Part shown: in pieces, positions 26,573 through 37,350 of the stretch
How positions within the stretch are numbered: position 1 is the stretch's first letter
Layout: the number at the start of each line of letters is the position of its first letter
Assembly (NCBI GenBank): GCA_027033775.1
Contig: JALVKL010000259.1
Span: forward strand, 1-46,811
DNA: 46,811 nt
Direction: 5' to 3'
DNA from: a bacterium
GTDB taxonomy: Bacteria > Thermosulfidibacterota > Thermosulfidibacteria > Thermosulfidibacterales > Thermosulfidibacteraceae
Notes under the pieces: generated by a model
Seen by the model: only the letters and a program-made list of their open reading frames with translations
Databases searched by the model: none
What the model was told of the DNA's origin: nothing
Made by a program: the position numbers and the translations under genes

Positions 26573-28399
26573 ATGTTTGATCATATACTAAACGATCTTA
26601 TTAAAGCCCTTGATGAAAATGAGATTATTCTGCTTTATGTATATAGAGACTTCTTCTCACCCTTTGATTATGTCAATTGTGCGGTATCTTTGAAGAGTGG
26701 TTATTCAAAAGAAGAGCTTTTGAATAAAATAACTCCCTCTGATCTGGTTCATCCCAGTGTTAGGGAGGAGATTTACGCCAATTTTAAAAGGAGAATAAAA
26801 GGGGAGCCTGTCCCCCCTTCTTATGAGATACCTTGCGTTGATAAGTTTGGTAGTACCAAGTGGATACATATGGCTTTCTCTAAGATAGATTATCAGGGTG
26901 ATCCTGCCATCTTGGCAATAGGTGCTGAGATTACAGAAAAAAGAAAAGTGGAAAATTTATTGAAGGTGATTGTGGATATACTGCCACACGGTCTTGTGGT
27001 TGTAGATGACAATTACAATGTGATTTTTTGCAATAAACAGGCTAAAAGATGGATGAAAAATAAAAGCATATCTGACCCTATTGGTGAAAAGTGCTTCCGT
27101 GTTTTTCATTTGAAAGACGAGCCCTGTAAGGATTGTGTGGCTTTTCGGTGTCTTAAAAGTGGGATGGCCGTATTTGAAGAGGTTAAAAGAACAAGCAGAT
27201 CAGGGGATAGATGGTTTGAAATAGGAGCATATCCAATTAAAGGTTTTGAAGAAACAGTAAAGGAGGTGGTGGTTTATGCTAAGGATATAACTGAGAGCAA
27301 AAGATTAAAGGAAGAGGAGCTGAAATCTCAAAGGTTTGAGTCTATGGCGCTTCTTGCAGGCGGTATTGCCCATGATTTTAATAACATCTTAACCAGCATA
27401 ATGGGCAATATATCCCTTGCCATGTCCATTTCCAACAGCCAGGAGGTTAAAAAGTATTTAAAAGAAGCAGAAAAAAGCTGTTTATACGCCAAAAAGCTCA
27501 CATACTCTCTTTTAACCTTTTCTCGTGAAGAAAAGCCGAAAATGTCCGCCGAAGATGTTATCTCTTTATTAAAGGAGGCCATTTCTCTTGTAAGTTTTCC
27601 AGAAAGAATAAAGATTTATCAGGAGTATGAGCAGGATCTTCCCTGTGTGCTCATTGACAGAGATCAGATGGTAAGGGTGTTTCAGAATATATTTGTTAAC
27701 GCCATTGAAGCCATAACAGGGCAGGGAGAGATACGGGTAAGTGCTGTTAGAGACGGGGATTTTGTTAAAATCTCCATTACAGACACAGGAAAAGGTATCC
27801 CCAAAGAGATTCTTCCTCGTATATTTGATGTGTTCTTTTCCACTAAATCCAAAGGCACAGGATTGGGGCTTTCTGTGGCTTATTCTATAGTTAAAAAGCA
27901 CGGCGGTGATATAGAAGTGTTTTCGGAAGAGGGGAAGGGTTCCACCTTTGTGGTCTATCTTCCAGTGGCTGAATCCCACGAAGGCAAATTGAAAGATTTA
28001 AAGGATATGCAGAAAAAGAATGTAGTGGTTATGGATGACAACAAAGGCATAAGGGATATGCTTAAACTCTACTTGGAGAAACAGGGCTTTTCTGTTTATA
28101 CAGCATCAAAGGGAGAGGAACTGCTTGATATGCTTGAAAATTTAAAAAGGAAAGGTTTGGATATACATCTATTCATTTTAGATATAGTGGTACCAGATGG
28201 TATGGGAGGTTTTGAGGTTATAAAGAAAATCAGAAATGAATTCCCCAATTCCGGATTTATAGCTATAAGCGGTTATTATCACTTATCACAGGGAATAGAG
28301 GATCTGGGTTTTGATGAGTTTGTGAGAAAGCCCTTTACTTTTGATAACTTAAAGTGCGCTATACTAAAGGTTCTCAACGCAAAAGGAGGTTGTTCATGA
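26573..28399 (+). CDS. Cytoplasmic hybrid sensor histidine kinase (2 PAS, HisKA, HATPase, C-terminal receiver)
   Basis: 608 aa with no TM. H-box IAHDFNNIL, N/G boxes (NAIEA, DTGKGI, GTGLGL), and a receiver with VVVMDDN, FILDIVVPDGMGG and KPF. The second PAS carries C-x10-CxxC-x4-C (27092-27151). Confidence 0.9.
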   Translation: MFDHILNDLIKALDENEIILLYVYRDFFSPFDYVNCAVSLKSGYSKEELLNKITPSDLVHPSVREEIYANFKRRIKGEPVPPSYEIPCVDKFGSTKWIHMAFSKIDYQGDPAILAIGAEITEKRKVENLLKVIVDILPHGLVVVDDNYNVIFCNKQAKRWMKNKSISDPIGEKCFRVFHLKDEPCKDCVAFRCLKSGMAVFEEVKRTSRSGDRWFEIGAYPIKGFEETVKEVVVYAKDITESKRLKEEELKSQRFESMALLAGGIAHDFNNILTSIMGNISLAMSISNSQEVKKYLKEAEKSCLYAKKLTYSLLTFSREEKPKMSAEDVISLLKEAISLVSFPERIKIYQEYEQDLPCVLIDRDQMVRVFQNIFVNAIEAITGQGEIRVSAVRDGDFVKISITDTGKGIPKEILPRIFDVFFSTKSKGTGLGLSVAYSIVKKHGGDIEVFSEEGKGSTFVVYLPVAESHEGKLKDLKDMQKKNVVVMDDNKGIRDMLKLYLEKQGFSVYTASKGEELLDMLENLKRKGLDIHLFILDIVVPDGMGGFEVIKKIRNEFPNSGFIAISGYYHLSQGIEDLGFDEFVRKPFTFDNLKCAILKVLNAKGGCS

Positions 28400-29094
28400 A
28401 ATTGCTCTTTATACATGGTGCAGGAAACAGAAAGGAAGTTTGGGATGATCTAAAAGCATTTCTTCCTCGTGGAATTGATGTGTATGCTTTGGATCTTCCT
28501 GGACATGGAGAAAGTTTGGAAAAAGGCAGATCCTCCATAGAGGATTACGCAGAGTGGGTGGAAAGATATATTAAAGAAAATTCTCTTGAGGGTGTTGTTG
28601 TAGCTGGCCACTCTATGGGGGGAGCTATCGCTATAACTCTTTTGTCAAAAAATATGCCTCATATATTAGGTGGAGTTTTGATTTCCACTGGTTGTAAATT
28701 GAGGGTAAATCCTAAGATACTTGATGGTTTGAGGGAGAATTATATCAAAGCTGTGAGAGAAATCGCCCCGTGGACTGTATCAAAAAAGGCTGAAAAAAGT
28801 GTCTTGGATAAGGTTATAGAGATCTTTTCTTCCTGTGATCCACGTGTGGCTTATAACGATTTTCTTGCATGTGATAAATTTGATGGTAGAGATTATGCAA
28901 GAAATATAAGGATTCCTGTATCAATTTTAGTGGGAAAGGATGATGTTATGACCCCTGTAAGGCTTTCAGAAGAGTTAAAGGAGCTTATTCCCAGCTCTCA
29001 ATTAAAAGTTATAGAAGGAGCTGGTCATATGTTACAGCTTGAAAAACCGAAAGAGCTGGCTACTTCAATTATGGATTTTGTTAGAGGGTTGTGA
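28396..29094 (+). CDS. Alpha/beta-fold hydrolase
   Basis: MKLLFIHGAGN start with strong SD AAGGAGG. ATGA overlap with the kinase stop. Nucleophile elbow GHSMGG and C-terminal GAGHM. Confidence 0.85.
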   Translation: MKLLFIHGAGNRKEVWDDLKAFLPRGIDVYALDLPGHGESLEKGRSSIEDYAEWVERYIKENSLEGVVVAGHSMGGAIAITLLSKNMPHILGGVLISTGCKLRVNPKILDGLRENYIKAVREIAPWTVSKKAEKSVLDKVIEIFSSCDPRVAYNDFLACDKFDGRDYARNIRIPVSILVGKDDVMTPVRLSEELKELIPSSQLKVIEGAGHMLQLEKPKELATSIMDFVRGL

Positions 29095-29119
29095 TAGAGT
29101 TTGCCTTTCGGGGGAGCAT

Positions 29120-29608
29120 ATGAAACAACTGTGGGCGCCTTGGAGGATTGAGTATATTTTAAAGGGACCTAAAGAGGGTGGCTGTTTTTTGTGCGAAGCT
29201 TTAAAAGATCCAGATGATCCTGAAAATTTGGTAGTCTATACAAAGGAGTTAGCCTTTGTAGTTTTGAATAGATATCCTTATAACCCTGGACATATAATGG
29301 TTGTTCCTAAAAGGCATGTGGCAGAACTATCGGATTTGGAGTATGGTGAAAGATGTGAGCTTATGGAACTTTTAAACTTCAGCATCTGTGTGCTTAAAAA
29401 AGTATTTTCTCCTCATGGATTTAATGTAGGGATAAACCTTGGCAGGTGTGCTGGAGCTGGTCTTGAAACACATCTTCACATACATGTTGTTCCAAGGTGG
29501 GAAGGGGATACCAATTTTATGCCTGTCTTAGCGGATGTTAAGGTGATTCCAGAACATATAAAAGAGACATATCTTAAGTTGAGAAAAGCTTTTCAGGAGG
29601 AGCTATAG
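29120..29608 (+). CDS. HIT-superfamily protein, ATP adenylyltransferase/Ap4A phosphorylase-like
   Basis: WAPWRIEYI N-terminus, NRYPYNPGHIMVVP, and histidine triad HLHIHVVPRWEGDTNFM. ATG 29120 is chosen over the ORF-track upstream start. Confidence 0.85.
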   Translation: MKQLWAPWRIEYILKGPKEGGCFLCEALKDPDDPENLVVYTKELAFVVLNRYPYNPGHIMVVPKRHVAELSDLEYGERCELMELLNFSICVLKKVFSPHGFNVGINLGRCAGAGLETHLHIHVVPRWEGDTNFMPVLADVKVIPEHIKETYLKLRKAFQEEL

Positions 29609-29944
29609 ATGATTATTTTGAGGCTTTTGTTTGGACTTATAATTATATTTTTGCTTGTGGCCTTTTCTATTAGGAATATGCTTCCTGTTCAACTTGATTT
29701 CTATTTTTACAAAACCCCTCCAGTTCCCCTTTTTGTCATTATCTTTTTGAGTCTTTTATTGGGGGTGGCTGCAGCTTGGATACTTGTTATTGGTGAGCAG
29801 GTTCGCATGAGAAATGAGTTGAGGAAGAAAAATAAGAGGATAAAAGAGCTTGAGAAACAGATTGAAGCTTATGAAACATCGAAAATAGAAGAGACTCCAG
29901 GAGAGGTAAAGGATGAAACAGCTTCCCAAGGTGTACAACCCTAA
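29609..29944 (+). CDS. LapA-domain (DUF1049) small inner-membrane protein with coiled-coil tail
   Basis: 111 aa with two TM helices followed by [21 protein letters not shown]. The start directly abuts the HIT-gene stop (TAGATG). Confidence 0.7.
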   Translation: MIILRLLFGLIIIFLLVAFSIRNMLPVQLDFYFYKTPPVPLFVIIFLSLLLGVAAAWILVIGEQVRMRNELRKKNKRIKELEKQIEAYETSKIEETPGEVKDETASQGVQP

Positions 29945-32555
29945 AGATGTAGAGGAAAAATGGTATAAATTTTGGGAAAAGAAGGGGTATTTTCATGCTG
30001 ACGAGTATGATGAGCGCAGGCCTTCCTACTCTATAGTTATTCCTCCTCCTAATGTCACCGGTTCCCTTCATATGGGGCATGCTCTTAACTCAACCTTGCA
30101 GGATATTCTGTGCAGATGGAAAAGAATGGAGGGGTATAACGTTCTTTGGATGCCTGGCACAGATCATGCTGGTATAGCTACTCAGACCGTTGTAGAGAGA
30201 GAGCTGGCTAAGGAAGGGAAGACGAGATGGGATTTGGGGAGGGAGGAGTTTTTAAAGAGGGTTTGGGAATGGAAGGAGAAATACGGCAACTATATCGTTG
30301 AGCAGTTGAAAAGGCTTGGATGCTCTTGCGATTGGGATAGGCTGAGATTCACAATGGATGAAGGTTTTTCCCGTGCTGTTAGAGAGGTCTTTGTCTCCCT
30401 TTATGAGGAGGGTTTAATATACAAGGGGGAATATATAGTAAATTGGTGTCCCAGATGTCATACTGCCCTTTCTGATCTTGAAGTTGAGTATAAAGAAGAG
30501 CAGGGATTTTTGTGGTATATAAAATACCCCTTAGCCGATGGAGAAGGCTATATAACAGTGGCCACCACAAGACCAGAGACTATGCTAGGTGATACTGCAG
30601 TTGCTGTGAATCCCAATGACGAAAGATATAAGTCTCTTATTGGTAAAAAGGTGGTACTTCCCATTGTTGAAAGAGAAATTCCCATTATAGGGGATGAATA
30701 TGTAGATCCTGAATTTGGGACAGGAGCATTGAAGATTACCCCAGCTCATGACCCTTATGATTTTGAGATAGGGAAAAAGCATGGGCTTGATATTGTATGT
30801 GTTATGAATCCAGACGGCACAATGAACGAAAATGCTGGACCTTACAAAGGTATTGATAGATACCAGGCAAGAAAGAAAATTGTTGCTGAACTTGAGAGTA
30901 GAGGGCTTCTTGAAAGGGTGGAACCTTACACACACTCCGTTGGTCATTGTTATAGGTGTGATACGGTTATTGAGCCATATGTTTCAACCCAGTGGTTTGT
31001 TAAGACAAAACCTTTAGCTGAACCAGCTATAAAGGCTGTTGAAGAGGGTAAAACCCGGATAATTCCTGAGAGATGGACAAAGGTTTATTTTGAGTGGATG
31101 AGAAATATAAAGGACTGGTGTATATCCCGTCAAATATGGTGGGGACACAGGATACCTGCTTGGTATTGCGATAATTGTGGAAGAACAATTGTTTCCAGAG
31201 AAGATATAACCCAATGCCCTGAATGTAAGAGCAGCAATATAAGGCAGGATGAGGATGTGCTTGATACTTGGTTTTCTTCTGCTCTTTGGCCTTTTGGAAC
31301 AATGGGATGGCCTGAGAAAACCAAGCTTTTAGAGAAGTTTTATCCCACCAGCTGTCTGGTTACTGGATTTGATATTCTCTTTTTCTGGGTGGCTCGTATG
31401 ATGATGATGGGTTTGAAGTTTATGAAGGATGTGCCCTTTTACCATGTTTATATCCACGCCCTCATAAGGGATGAAAAGGGTCAAAAAATGAGCAAGACCC
31501 GTGGTAATGTTATAGATCCTGTTGAGATGATGGAAAAATATGGAACAGATGCTTTGAGGTTTACCCTGGCCATACTTGCTGCACAGGGCAGGGATATAAG
31601 GTTATCCGAAAAGAAGATAGAGTCTTACAGAAATTTTGTTAACAAAATTTGGAACGCTGCAAGATTTGTGTTTATGAATTTGGAGGGATATGAAAGGCTT
31701 GATTTTTCTTCTGAGGTTCTCACTTTGGCTGATAGGTGGATACTTTCAAGACTTAATAAGACAATATCTGATGTTCTATCTGCCCTTGAATCCTATGAGT
31801 TTGATAAATATGCATCCTCTCTTTACAACTTCACCTGGCATGAACTCTGTGATTGGTACATAGAGATGTCCAAGGACGCCCTTTACGGTGGCGATATAAA
31901 GAGAAGATTGGTGGTTCAAAACATAATAGTTCATATATTTGATGTTCTTATGCGATTGCTTCACCCTGTTATGCCCTTTATCACAGAGGAGGTTTGGCAG
32001 AACCTTCCAATTTCTTCTGATTCAGAAAGTATAATGGTTTCTCAATTTCCCAAGCCTGATGCCAATTGGTTTGATGAGGATGCGGAAAAAAAGATGGCGT
32101 TTATAATGGATGTCACAGGTGCTATAAGGAATGTTAAAGCGGACATGGGTATTCCTCTTACAAAGAAAATCAAGGTGATTGTGGAGTCTTCTGGAGAGGA
32201 AAAAGCTCTTCTTGAGGAGTATCCTCAGTATGTTAAACAGTTGGCATTTGTAGAAGAGATATCGGTATCTGAAAATGTGAAAAGACCTCAAAAATCGGCG
32301 GTTAGAGTTGTGGGAGATTCGTCTATTTATATTCCATTGGGAGACATTATAGACTTTGATAAAGAAAAGCTGAGGTTGCAGAAAGAGCTTGAGAGATTGG
32401 AAAAGGATCTTGATAGAGTGAACAGAAAGCTTTCCAATAAAGACTTTTTGACAAAAGCTCCGCCTCATGTGGTAGAGAAAGAAAAGAGCATAAAGGCTGA
32501 GTTAGAAGAAAAGAGAGAAAGGCTTATAGAGGCTTTAAGAAGTATTGAAGGCTGA
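29913..32555 (+). CDS. valS: Valine--tRNA ligase
   Basis: 880 aa. HIGH-type [17 protein letters not shown] loop (QKMSKTRGN), and C-terminal coiled coil. Confidence 0.97.
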   Translation: MKQLPKVYNPKDVEEKWYKFWEKKGYFHADEYDERRPSYSIVIPPPNVTGSLHMGHALNSTLQDILCRWKRMEGYNVLWMPGTDHAGIATQTVVERELAKEGKTRWDLGREEFLKRVWEWKEKYGNYIVEQLKRLGCSCDWDRLRFTMDEGFSRAVREVFVSLYEEGLIYKGEYIVNWCPRCHTALSDLEVEYKEEQGFLWYIKYPLADGEGYITVATTRPETMLGDTAVAVNPNDERYKSLIGKKVVLPIVEREIPIIGDEYVDPEFGTGALKITPAHDPYDFEIGKKHGLDIVCVMNPDGTMNENAGPYKGIDRYQARKKIVAELESRGLLERVEPYTHSVGHCYRCDTVIEPYVSTQWFVKTKPLAEPAIKAVEEGKTRIIPERWTKVYFEWMRNIKDWCISRQIWWGHRIPAWYCDNCGRTIVSREDITQCPECKSSNIRQDEDVLDTWFSSALWPFGTMGWPEKTKLLEKFYPTSCLVTGFDILFFWVARMMMMGLKFMKDVPFYHVYIHALIRDEKGQKMSKTRGNVIDPVEMMEKYGTDALRFTLAILAAQGRDIRLSEKKIESYRNFVNKIWNAARFVFMNLEGYERLDFSSEVLTLADRWILSRLNKTISDVLSALESYEFDKYASSLYNFTWHELCDWYIEMSKDALYGGDIKRRLVVQNIIVHIFDVLMRLLHPVMPFITEEVWQNLPISSDSESIMVSQFPKPDANWFDEDAEKKMAFIMDVTGAIRNVKADMGIPLTKKIKVIVESSGEEKALLEEYPQYVKQLAFVEEISVSENVKRPQKSAVRVVGDSSIYIPLGDIIDFDKEKLRLQKELERLEKDLDRVNRKLSNKDFLTKAPPHVVEKEKSIKAELEEKRERLIEALRSIEG

Positions 32556-33555
32556 TCTCTTAAACAATTGGGGATATTCCTCAAGCAAGTTTTACTGGGT
32601 GTTGTATCCTTTATCTCTTTTCTATCTTTCCGGTATAAAGCTTAGGAAATTTCTTTATAATTTAGGGATTCTTAAAAGAGAGAAGCTTCCTTCTTGTGTA
32701 GTGAGTGTTGGCAATATTACCCTTGGGGGAACCGGCAAAACCCCCTTTGTAATAGCTTTAGCCAACATGTTGGCTGATAAAGGCTTTAGGGTGGCTGTGC
32801 TTTCTCGAGGATACAAAAGAAAGAAAAAAAGTGCACTCCTTGTTTCCGATTCCCATAATGTTTTGGTGTCAGATCCAGCCCTTTGCGGAGATGAACCCTT
32901 GCTCATAGCCTTTAAAACTAAAGCTTCTGTGGCTGTGGGAAAAGACAGAATAGAGGCATTCAAGAAATTGGCTTATTTAAAGCCTCATGTTGTGTTGCTG
33001 GACGATGGATTTCAGCATTTTAAGATTAAAAGGGATCTTGATATATGTCTTGTGGACGGCACCAGATGTTTTGGCAATGGTCTTCTATTTCCTGCGGGTC
33101 CCTTAAGAGAGCCTGTATCTGCTATAAAGAGGGCAAATATTTTGGTTATTACTAAAAAAAAGAACTTTAAATGTTTCTTAGATATGAAAGGCGTGTTGGA
33201 TAAAAAACCAGTATTTTTTATAGAGCCTAAAATTGAGGGTTTTTTTGTAAATGGAAAAGATGTACCTCCTCCCAAGAAAGCCTTTATAGTAACATGTGTA
33301 TCCAACTATGAGCATTTTGTTTCACAGATTTCAAATTTGGGTGTTGATATAATAGGGGTTAAGGTCTTTTCCGATCATCATATTTTTAAAAACAAGGATT
33401 TAAAAGAAGTTGAGGGTTATCCAGTTATAATTACAGAGAAAGACTGGATCAACTTTCCTTCTCATTTAAAGAACCAAAATGTTGTGGTGGCTAAACAAGG
33501 ATTTTCCATTCCTCAAGAGCTATTCAGTTTTATAGAGGGGAAACTTTGCCTTTAG
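32545..33555 (+). CDS. lpxK: Tetraacyldisaccharide 4'-kinase
   Basis: 336 aa, TTG start. P-loop [19 protein letters not shown] and LSRGYKRK. Confidence 0.9.
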   Translation: MKADLLNNWGYSSSKFYWVLYPLSLFYLSGIKLRKFLYNLGILKREKLPSCVVSVGNITLGGTGKTPFVIALANMLADKGFRVAVLSRGYKRKKKSALLVSDSHNVLVSDPALCGDEPLLIAFKTKASVAVGKDRIEAFKKLAYLKPHVVLLDDGFQHFKIKRDLDICLVDGTRCFGNGLLFPAGPLREPVSAIKRANILVITKKKNFKCFLDMKGVLDKKPVFFIEPKIEGFFVNGKDVPPPKKAFIVTCVSNYEHFVSQISNLGVDIIGVKVFSDHHIFKNKDLKEVEGYPVIITEKDWINFPSHLKNQNVVVAKQGFSIPQELFSFIEGKLCL

Positions 33556-35378
33556 GAAGGGAAAAGCAGATCAGTACAGTCAAGGAAAGGTTGGATTCGG
33601 CAAATAAAGTTATACTCCTGATATTCTGCTTGCTTTTGCTTTTTGCCTTTTACCTACAGATTATAAAAGGAGAATATTACTATCATCTTTCCGAGAAAAA
33701 CCGCATAAGGGTTTATCCTCTCTTTCCTTCCAGGGGAAAAATATACGATAGAGATGGGAATGAACTGGCAAAGAATGCTCCTTCCTTTGATCTTTATATA
33801 GTTCCATATTACCTACTTAAAGAGTGTAAGAGAAAAAAAATCCCTTTTTGGAAACATCCCACCTATACTGTTTTGATTAAAGATATAGGGGTTAATGAGG
33901 AAAGGCTAAGAAAGAAGATAGAAGAGGGAAGGCAAGCCCCATTTTCGCCAAGACTAATTGTAAAGGATTTGAGCGAAGAGCAACTTGCTAAAGTGGAGAG
34001 TTTAAAGTGGTTGTTAAGAGGTGTTTATGTAGAGGCTTCAGAGACCAGAGTCTATCCTTACGGGAAATTGTTTGCCCATGTTGTAGGGTATGTGGGTGAG
34101 GTTACAGAAAAGGATGTTAAAAGTTTGAGATACTATCCTGGGGATTTTGTGGGAAAGACGGGACTGGAGAAATACTACGAGGATATATTGCATGGTATAG
34201 GTGGATGGGAAAGGTGGGAGGTTGACGCTCTTGGCCATAGAATAAGGCCTGTTTCTAAATCTATACCTATAAAGGGTGAGAACTTAAAGACCACCCTTCT
34301 TTTGCCTCTTCAAGCTAAGATAGCTCAACTTATGAAGGGAAAAACTGGTGCGGTTGTTGCGCTTGATCCCAACAACGGGGAGGTGCTGGCTCTTTACAGT
34401 TCTCCTTCCTTTGACCCCAATTTGTTCCCAAGGGGTATAGATCTTAATAAGTGGAAAAGGTTAAAAGAGGACAAGGCACACCCTTTAACTAACAGGGCTG
34501 TTTCTGGCGTATATCCTCCGGGATCTGTGTTTAAACTTGTAGTTGCTTTGGCCGGATTGAATGAAAGAAGAATAAATCCCAAGAAAAAGATAGAGTGCTT
34601 GGGATATCTGCCTTTAGGTAATAGGATATTCAGGTGTTGGAAAAAACAGGGTCATGGAAAGGTTGATCTTTACAGAGCCATTGTTGAGTCCTGTGATGTG
34701 TACTTCTACACTGTGGGAAAGGATCTGGGGGTGGATCTTATAAGCAAATACGCTTTTATGTTGGGTTTAGGTAAAAGAACAGGAATTGATCTTCCATATG
34801 AATCTAAAGGCGTTGTGCCCACGAGACGCTGGAAAAGAGAGAAGCTCAAGGCTCCATGGTATCCGGGAGAGACTTTAAATTATGCCATAGGGCAAGGGTA
34901 TATAAATGTGACGCCTATGCAGCTTGCTGTTTTATCGTCCTTTTTTGCCAATGGTGGATATGTGGTAATTCCTCATCTTAGGCTCACTAAAAGAATTAAG
35001 AAAATAAAGATAGGCATTCCTAAAAGATATATAAACTTGATTAGAAAAGCTATGCTGGGCGTTGTTGAGGATAAGCACGGCACGGCTCACTGGACAGCTT
35101 ATCTTAAAGGAGTCAGGATAGCTGGCAAAACCGGAACTGCTCAGGTGGTTTCCCGAGAGGTGGAGGAAAGGTATAAAAAGGGGAAAAAAATAACCAAAAG
35201 GCGTTATGTGGAACATGCATGGTTTGTTGCTTTTGCTCCTTACAATAAGCCTTTAATATCCGTGGCTGTAGTTGTGGAGCACGGAGGTCATGGTTCATCT
35301 GGTGCTGCTCCTATTGCTAAGGAAGTTATAGCAGAGTATCTGAGATATAAAGGATTTATTAGTGGAGATAAACCTTGA
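33546..35378 (+). CDS. mrdA: Penicillin-binding protein 2 (elongasome class B transpeptidase)
   Basis: 610 aa. By eye it aligns along its whole length with my recollection of E. coli PBP2 (EKNRIR, GKTGLEKYYEDILHG, SSPSFDPNLF). Catalytic SVFK, SCD and KTGTAQ motifs. Confidence 0.93.
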   Translation: MPLGREKQISTVKERLDSANKVILLIFCLLLLFAFYLQIIKGEYYYHLSEKNRIRVYPLFPSRGKIYDRDGNELAKNAPSFDLYIVPYYLLKECKRKKIPFWKHPTYTVLIKDIGVNEERLRKKIEEGRQAPFSPRLIVKDLSEEQLAKVESLKWLLRGVYVEASETRVYPYGKLFAHVVGYVGEVTEKDVKSLRYYPGDFVGKTGLEKYYEDILHGIGGWERWEVDALGHRIRPVSKSIPIKGENLKTTLLLPLQAKIAQLMKGKTGAVVALDPNNGEVLALYSSPSFDPNLFPRGIDLNKWKRLKEDKAHPLTNRAVSGVYPPGSVFKLVVALAGLNERRINPKKKIECLGYLPLGNRIFRCWKKQGHGKVDLYRAIVESCDVYFYTVGKDLGVDLISKYAFMLGLGKRTGIDLPYESKGVVPTRRWKREKLKAPWYPGETLNYAIGQGYINVTPMQLAVLSSFFANGGYVVIPHLRLTKRIKKIKIGIPKRYINLIRKAMLGVVEDKHGTAHWTAYLKGVRIAGKTGTAQVVSREVEERYKKGKKITKRRYVEHAWFVAFAPYNKPLISVAVVVEHGGHGSSGAAPIAKEVIAEYLRYKGFISGDKP

Positions 35379-36448
35379 GGGCAAAAAGGGTCTCTAAAGG
35401 GTTGGATTTAAGCGTTCTCACACTCTTTTTTCTTATTTCCTTTGTAGGTGTTCTGACCTTAGCAGGGATGCAGAGTTTCTCCATTGTAAAAAGACAGGTG
35501 GTTTGGCACTTAATAGGCATTTTAACCTTTTTTGTAGTTTTATGTTTTGATAAGAAATTCTTTAGGGAATGGGCTTGGTTCTTCTATATCGGATCTATAT
35601 TTCTTCTCATTGTTGTGTTGATAGCAGGAAAGATAGGAAAGGGTGCGCAGAGATGGTTGCTTCTTGGTCCTGTAAGGGTTCAGCCTTCAGAGTTTGCAAA
35701 AATAGCCCTTGCATTGGTACTGGGTAATGTCTTTGAGTATTTCAGCAATAAGGGAAGTATACCCCTTGGCTTTAAAGAGATATTTCTGGTTGTTGCTGTC
35801 TGTTTTCCTTTGTTTCTTTTAACTGCTATGGAACCGGATCTGGGGACTGCTCTTATTTTTTTCCTAATAGCCGCTTCTGTGGTTTTAATAGCAGGGGTGA
35901 AAAGAAGAACATTTATAATCTGTGTAATTGCCGCTTTTTGTGTTTGTTTCTTGGGATGGAAACACTTAAAACCCTATCAAAAGAGAAGAATCATAGCTTT
36001 TCTAAATCCAAGAAAGGATCCTTACAGAACAGGCTATCATATAATACAGTCCCGAATAGCTATTGGATCTGGAAGGCTGTTTGGTAAAGGCTATATGAAA
36101 GGTACTCAAAGTAGGTTGAATTTTATACCGGAAAAACATACAGATTTTATATTTCCAACCTTTGCTGAGGATTGGGGATTTGTTGGAGTTTTTGTTTTGG
36201 TGTTGCTTTACAGTCTGTTCATTAGCCGAATAGTCGAGATGGCAAAAAGGACAAAGACTGTTTATTCTTTATACACAACGGTTGCCTTAGGTTCCATATT
36301 CTTTTGGCACATAGTTATAAATATTGGAATGACCATGGGCCTTCTTCCAGTTGTGGGGGTTCCCCTTCCTTTAATGAGTTATGGTGGTTCTGCCACTTTG
36401 GCTTCTTATATCACCCTTGCCCTTATCGTTGTTATGGTGAGGGATTGA
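35375..36448 (+). CDS. rodA: SEDS-family peptidoglycan glycosyltransferase RodA
   Basis: 357 aa, polytopic. The TTG start overlaps the mrdA TGA. Motifs RVQPSEFAKI, EPDLGTAL, PEKHTDFIF, and GVPLPLMSYGGS. Called RodA because of its pairing with mrdA. Confidence 0.88.
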   Translation: MRAKRVSKGLDLSVLTLFFLISFVGVLTLAGMQSFSIVKRQVVWHLIGILTFFVVLCFDKKFFREWAWFFYIGSIFLLIVVLIAGKIGKGAQRWLLLGPVRVQPSEFAKIALALVLGNVFEYFSNKGSIPLGFKEIFLVVAVCFPLFLLTAMEPDLGTALIFFLIAASVVLIAGVKRRTFIICVIAAFCVCFLGWKHLKPYQKRRIIAFLNPRKDPYRTGYHIIQSRIAIGSGRLFGKGYMKGTQSRLNFIPEKHTDFIFPTFAEDWGFVGVFVLVLLYSLFISRIVEMAKRTKTVYSLYTTVALGSIFFWHIVINIGMTMGLLPVVGVPLPLMSYGGSATLASYITLALIVVMVRD

Positions 36449-37350
36449 TGCTCAATGTGATTTTGGTTTCCAAATCTCCCCGAAGAAGAGCTCTTCTTTC
36501 ACAGATTGTTCCTGTTTTTGACGTTATCCCGCCCTATTGTGATGAAAAAATTGAGGATTTTAAGTCTCATGAAGAATATGTGGTTTCTCTTGCCCTAAAA
36601 AAGCTCAAATCTATTCCAGAAAGATACAGATCTTCCGATAACATGCTCATAGCTGCTGATACTGTGGTGGTTCTTGATGACATAATTTTGGGTAAGCCTT
36701 CAAGTTTAGAGGAAGCAAAGGCTATGCTTAGAATGCTTTCGGGGAAGACACATAGGGTTTATACAGGAGTGGCTGTTTTTAGAGGTGGTGTTATAAAAAG
36801 CGGATGCGATGTGACCTTTGTTTCTTTTAAGGATTTATCGTCAGCGGAGATAGAGTATTATATTGATTTGGTTAATCCTCTGGATAAAGCTGGCGCTTAT
36901 GCTATTCAAGAGCATGGAGAGCTTTTCATAAACAAAATAGAGGGTTCATATTCCAATGTGGTGGGGCTTCCCCTTTCTTTAACTTATTCTCTCATGAAGG
37001 AGTTGGGTTTTAAGCTTTTTAAGTGGGTGAAACTGTTAGATATAGCAAAGGTGATAAGGAGTAAAAACGCTGGTCCTTTTGAGCTCACCTTTGATGTTAT
37101 GTTTGACGATGAAAAGGTGTATGAGAAATTTAAGGGTATGAATTTTTTGACCAAGGAGAGGTTTGCCAAACTGTATAACATAAAACTGGAAGATATCTTA
37201 GTTTTTGAGTATTTTGATCAGGCTCTTGCCCTTAAAATCACAGTGAAGAGGGATCCTCCTTCTGGTCATTTTAATGACGAGGATATATATGGTGCTCAGA
37301 AACATGTGCCTTTAATGAGTTACATGATACCTTGGGAGAACTATGAGTAG
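36448..37350 (+). CDS. maf: Maf-family nucleoside triphosphate pyrophosphatase fused to a C-terminal DUF4387-like domain
   Basis: ATG 36448 shares one nt with the rodA TGA. Residues 1-190 are Maf (ILVSKSPRRRALL, ADTVVVLD, KAGAYAIQE, SNVVGLPL). Residues ~193-300 (37024-37347) read LLDIAKVIRSKNAGPFELTFDVMFDD...DIYGAQKHVPL. There is no stop between the two parts. Confidence 0.8.
   Translation: MLNVILVSKSPRRRALLSQIVPVFDVIPPYCDEKIEDFKSHEEYVVSLALKKLKSIPERYRSSDNMLIAADTVVVLDDIILGKPSSLEEAKAMLRMLSGKTHRVYTGVAVFRGGVIKSGCDVTFVSFKDLSSAEIEYYIDLVNPLDKAGAYAIQEHGELFINKIEGSYSNVVGLPLSLTYSLMKELGFKLFKWVKLLDIAKVIRSKNAGPFELTFDVMFDDEKVYEKFKGMNFLTKERFAKLYNIKLEDILVFEYFDQALALKITVKRDPPSGHFNDEDIYGAQKHVPLMSYMIPWENYE

Noticed and set aside
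27569-27979. 136-aa minus-strand ORF in the kinase gene, and the 148-aa ORF at 32022-32468 in valS
   Set aside because: Antisense to strongly supported CDSs, with no motifs.
28354-28395. ORF-track upstream starts for the hydrolase (28354) and the HIT gene (29039)
   Set aside because: The internal ATGs at 28396 (strong AAGGAGG SD, ATGA coupling) and 29120 give N-termini typical of their families. The extensions overlap conserved upstream C-termini.
33833-33840. Homopolymer tracts (A8 in mrdA at 33833-33840; T8 in dprA at 37526-37533) as phase-variation switches
   Set aside because: The tracts are short, lie in frame within essential or conserved genes, and are consistent with Lys/Phe-rich AT-biased coding. 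I see no evidence of contingency-locus behaviour.
36304-36447. ORF-track N-terminal extension of the maf ORF (MAHSYKYWNDHG...)
   Set aside because: The extension lies out of frame over the conserved rodA C-terminus. The Maf signature begins at ATG 36448, which interlocks with the rodA TGA.
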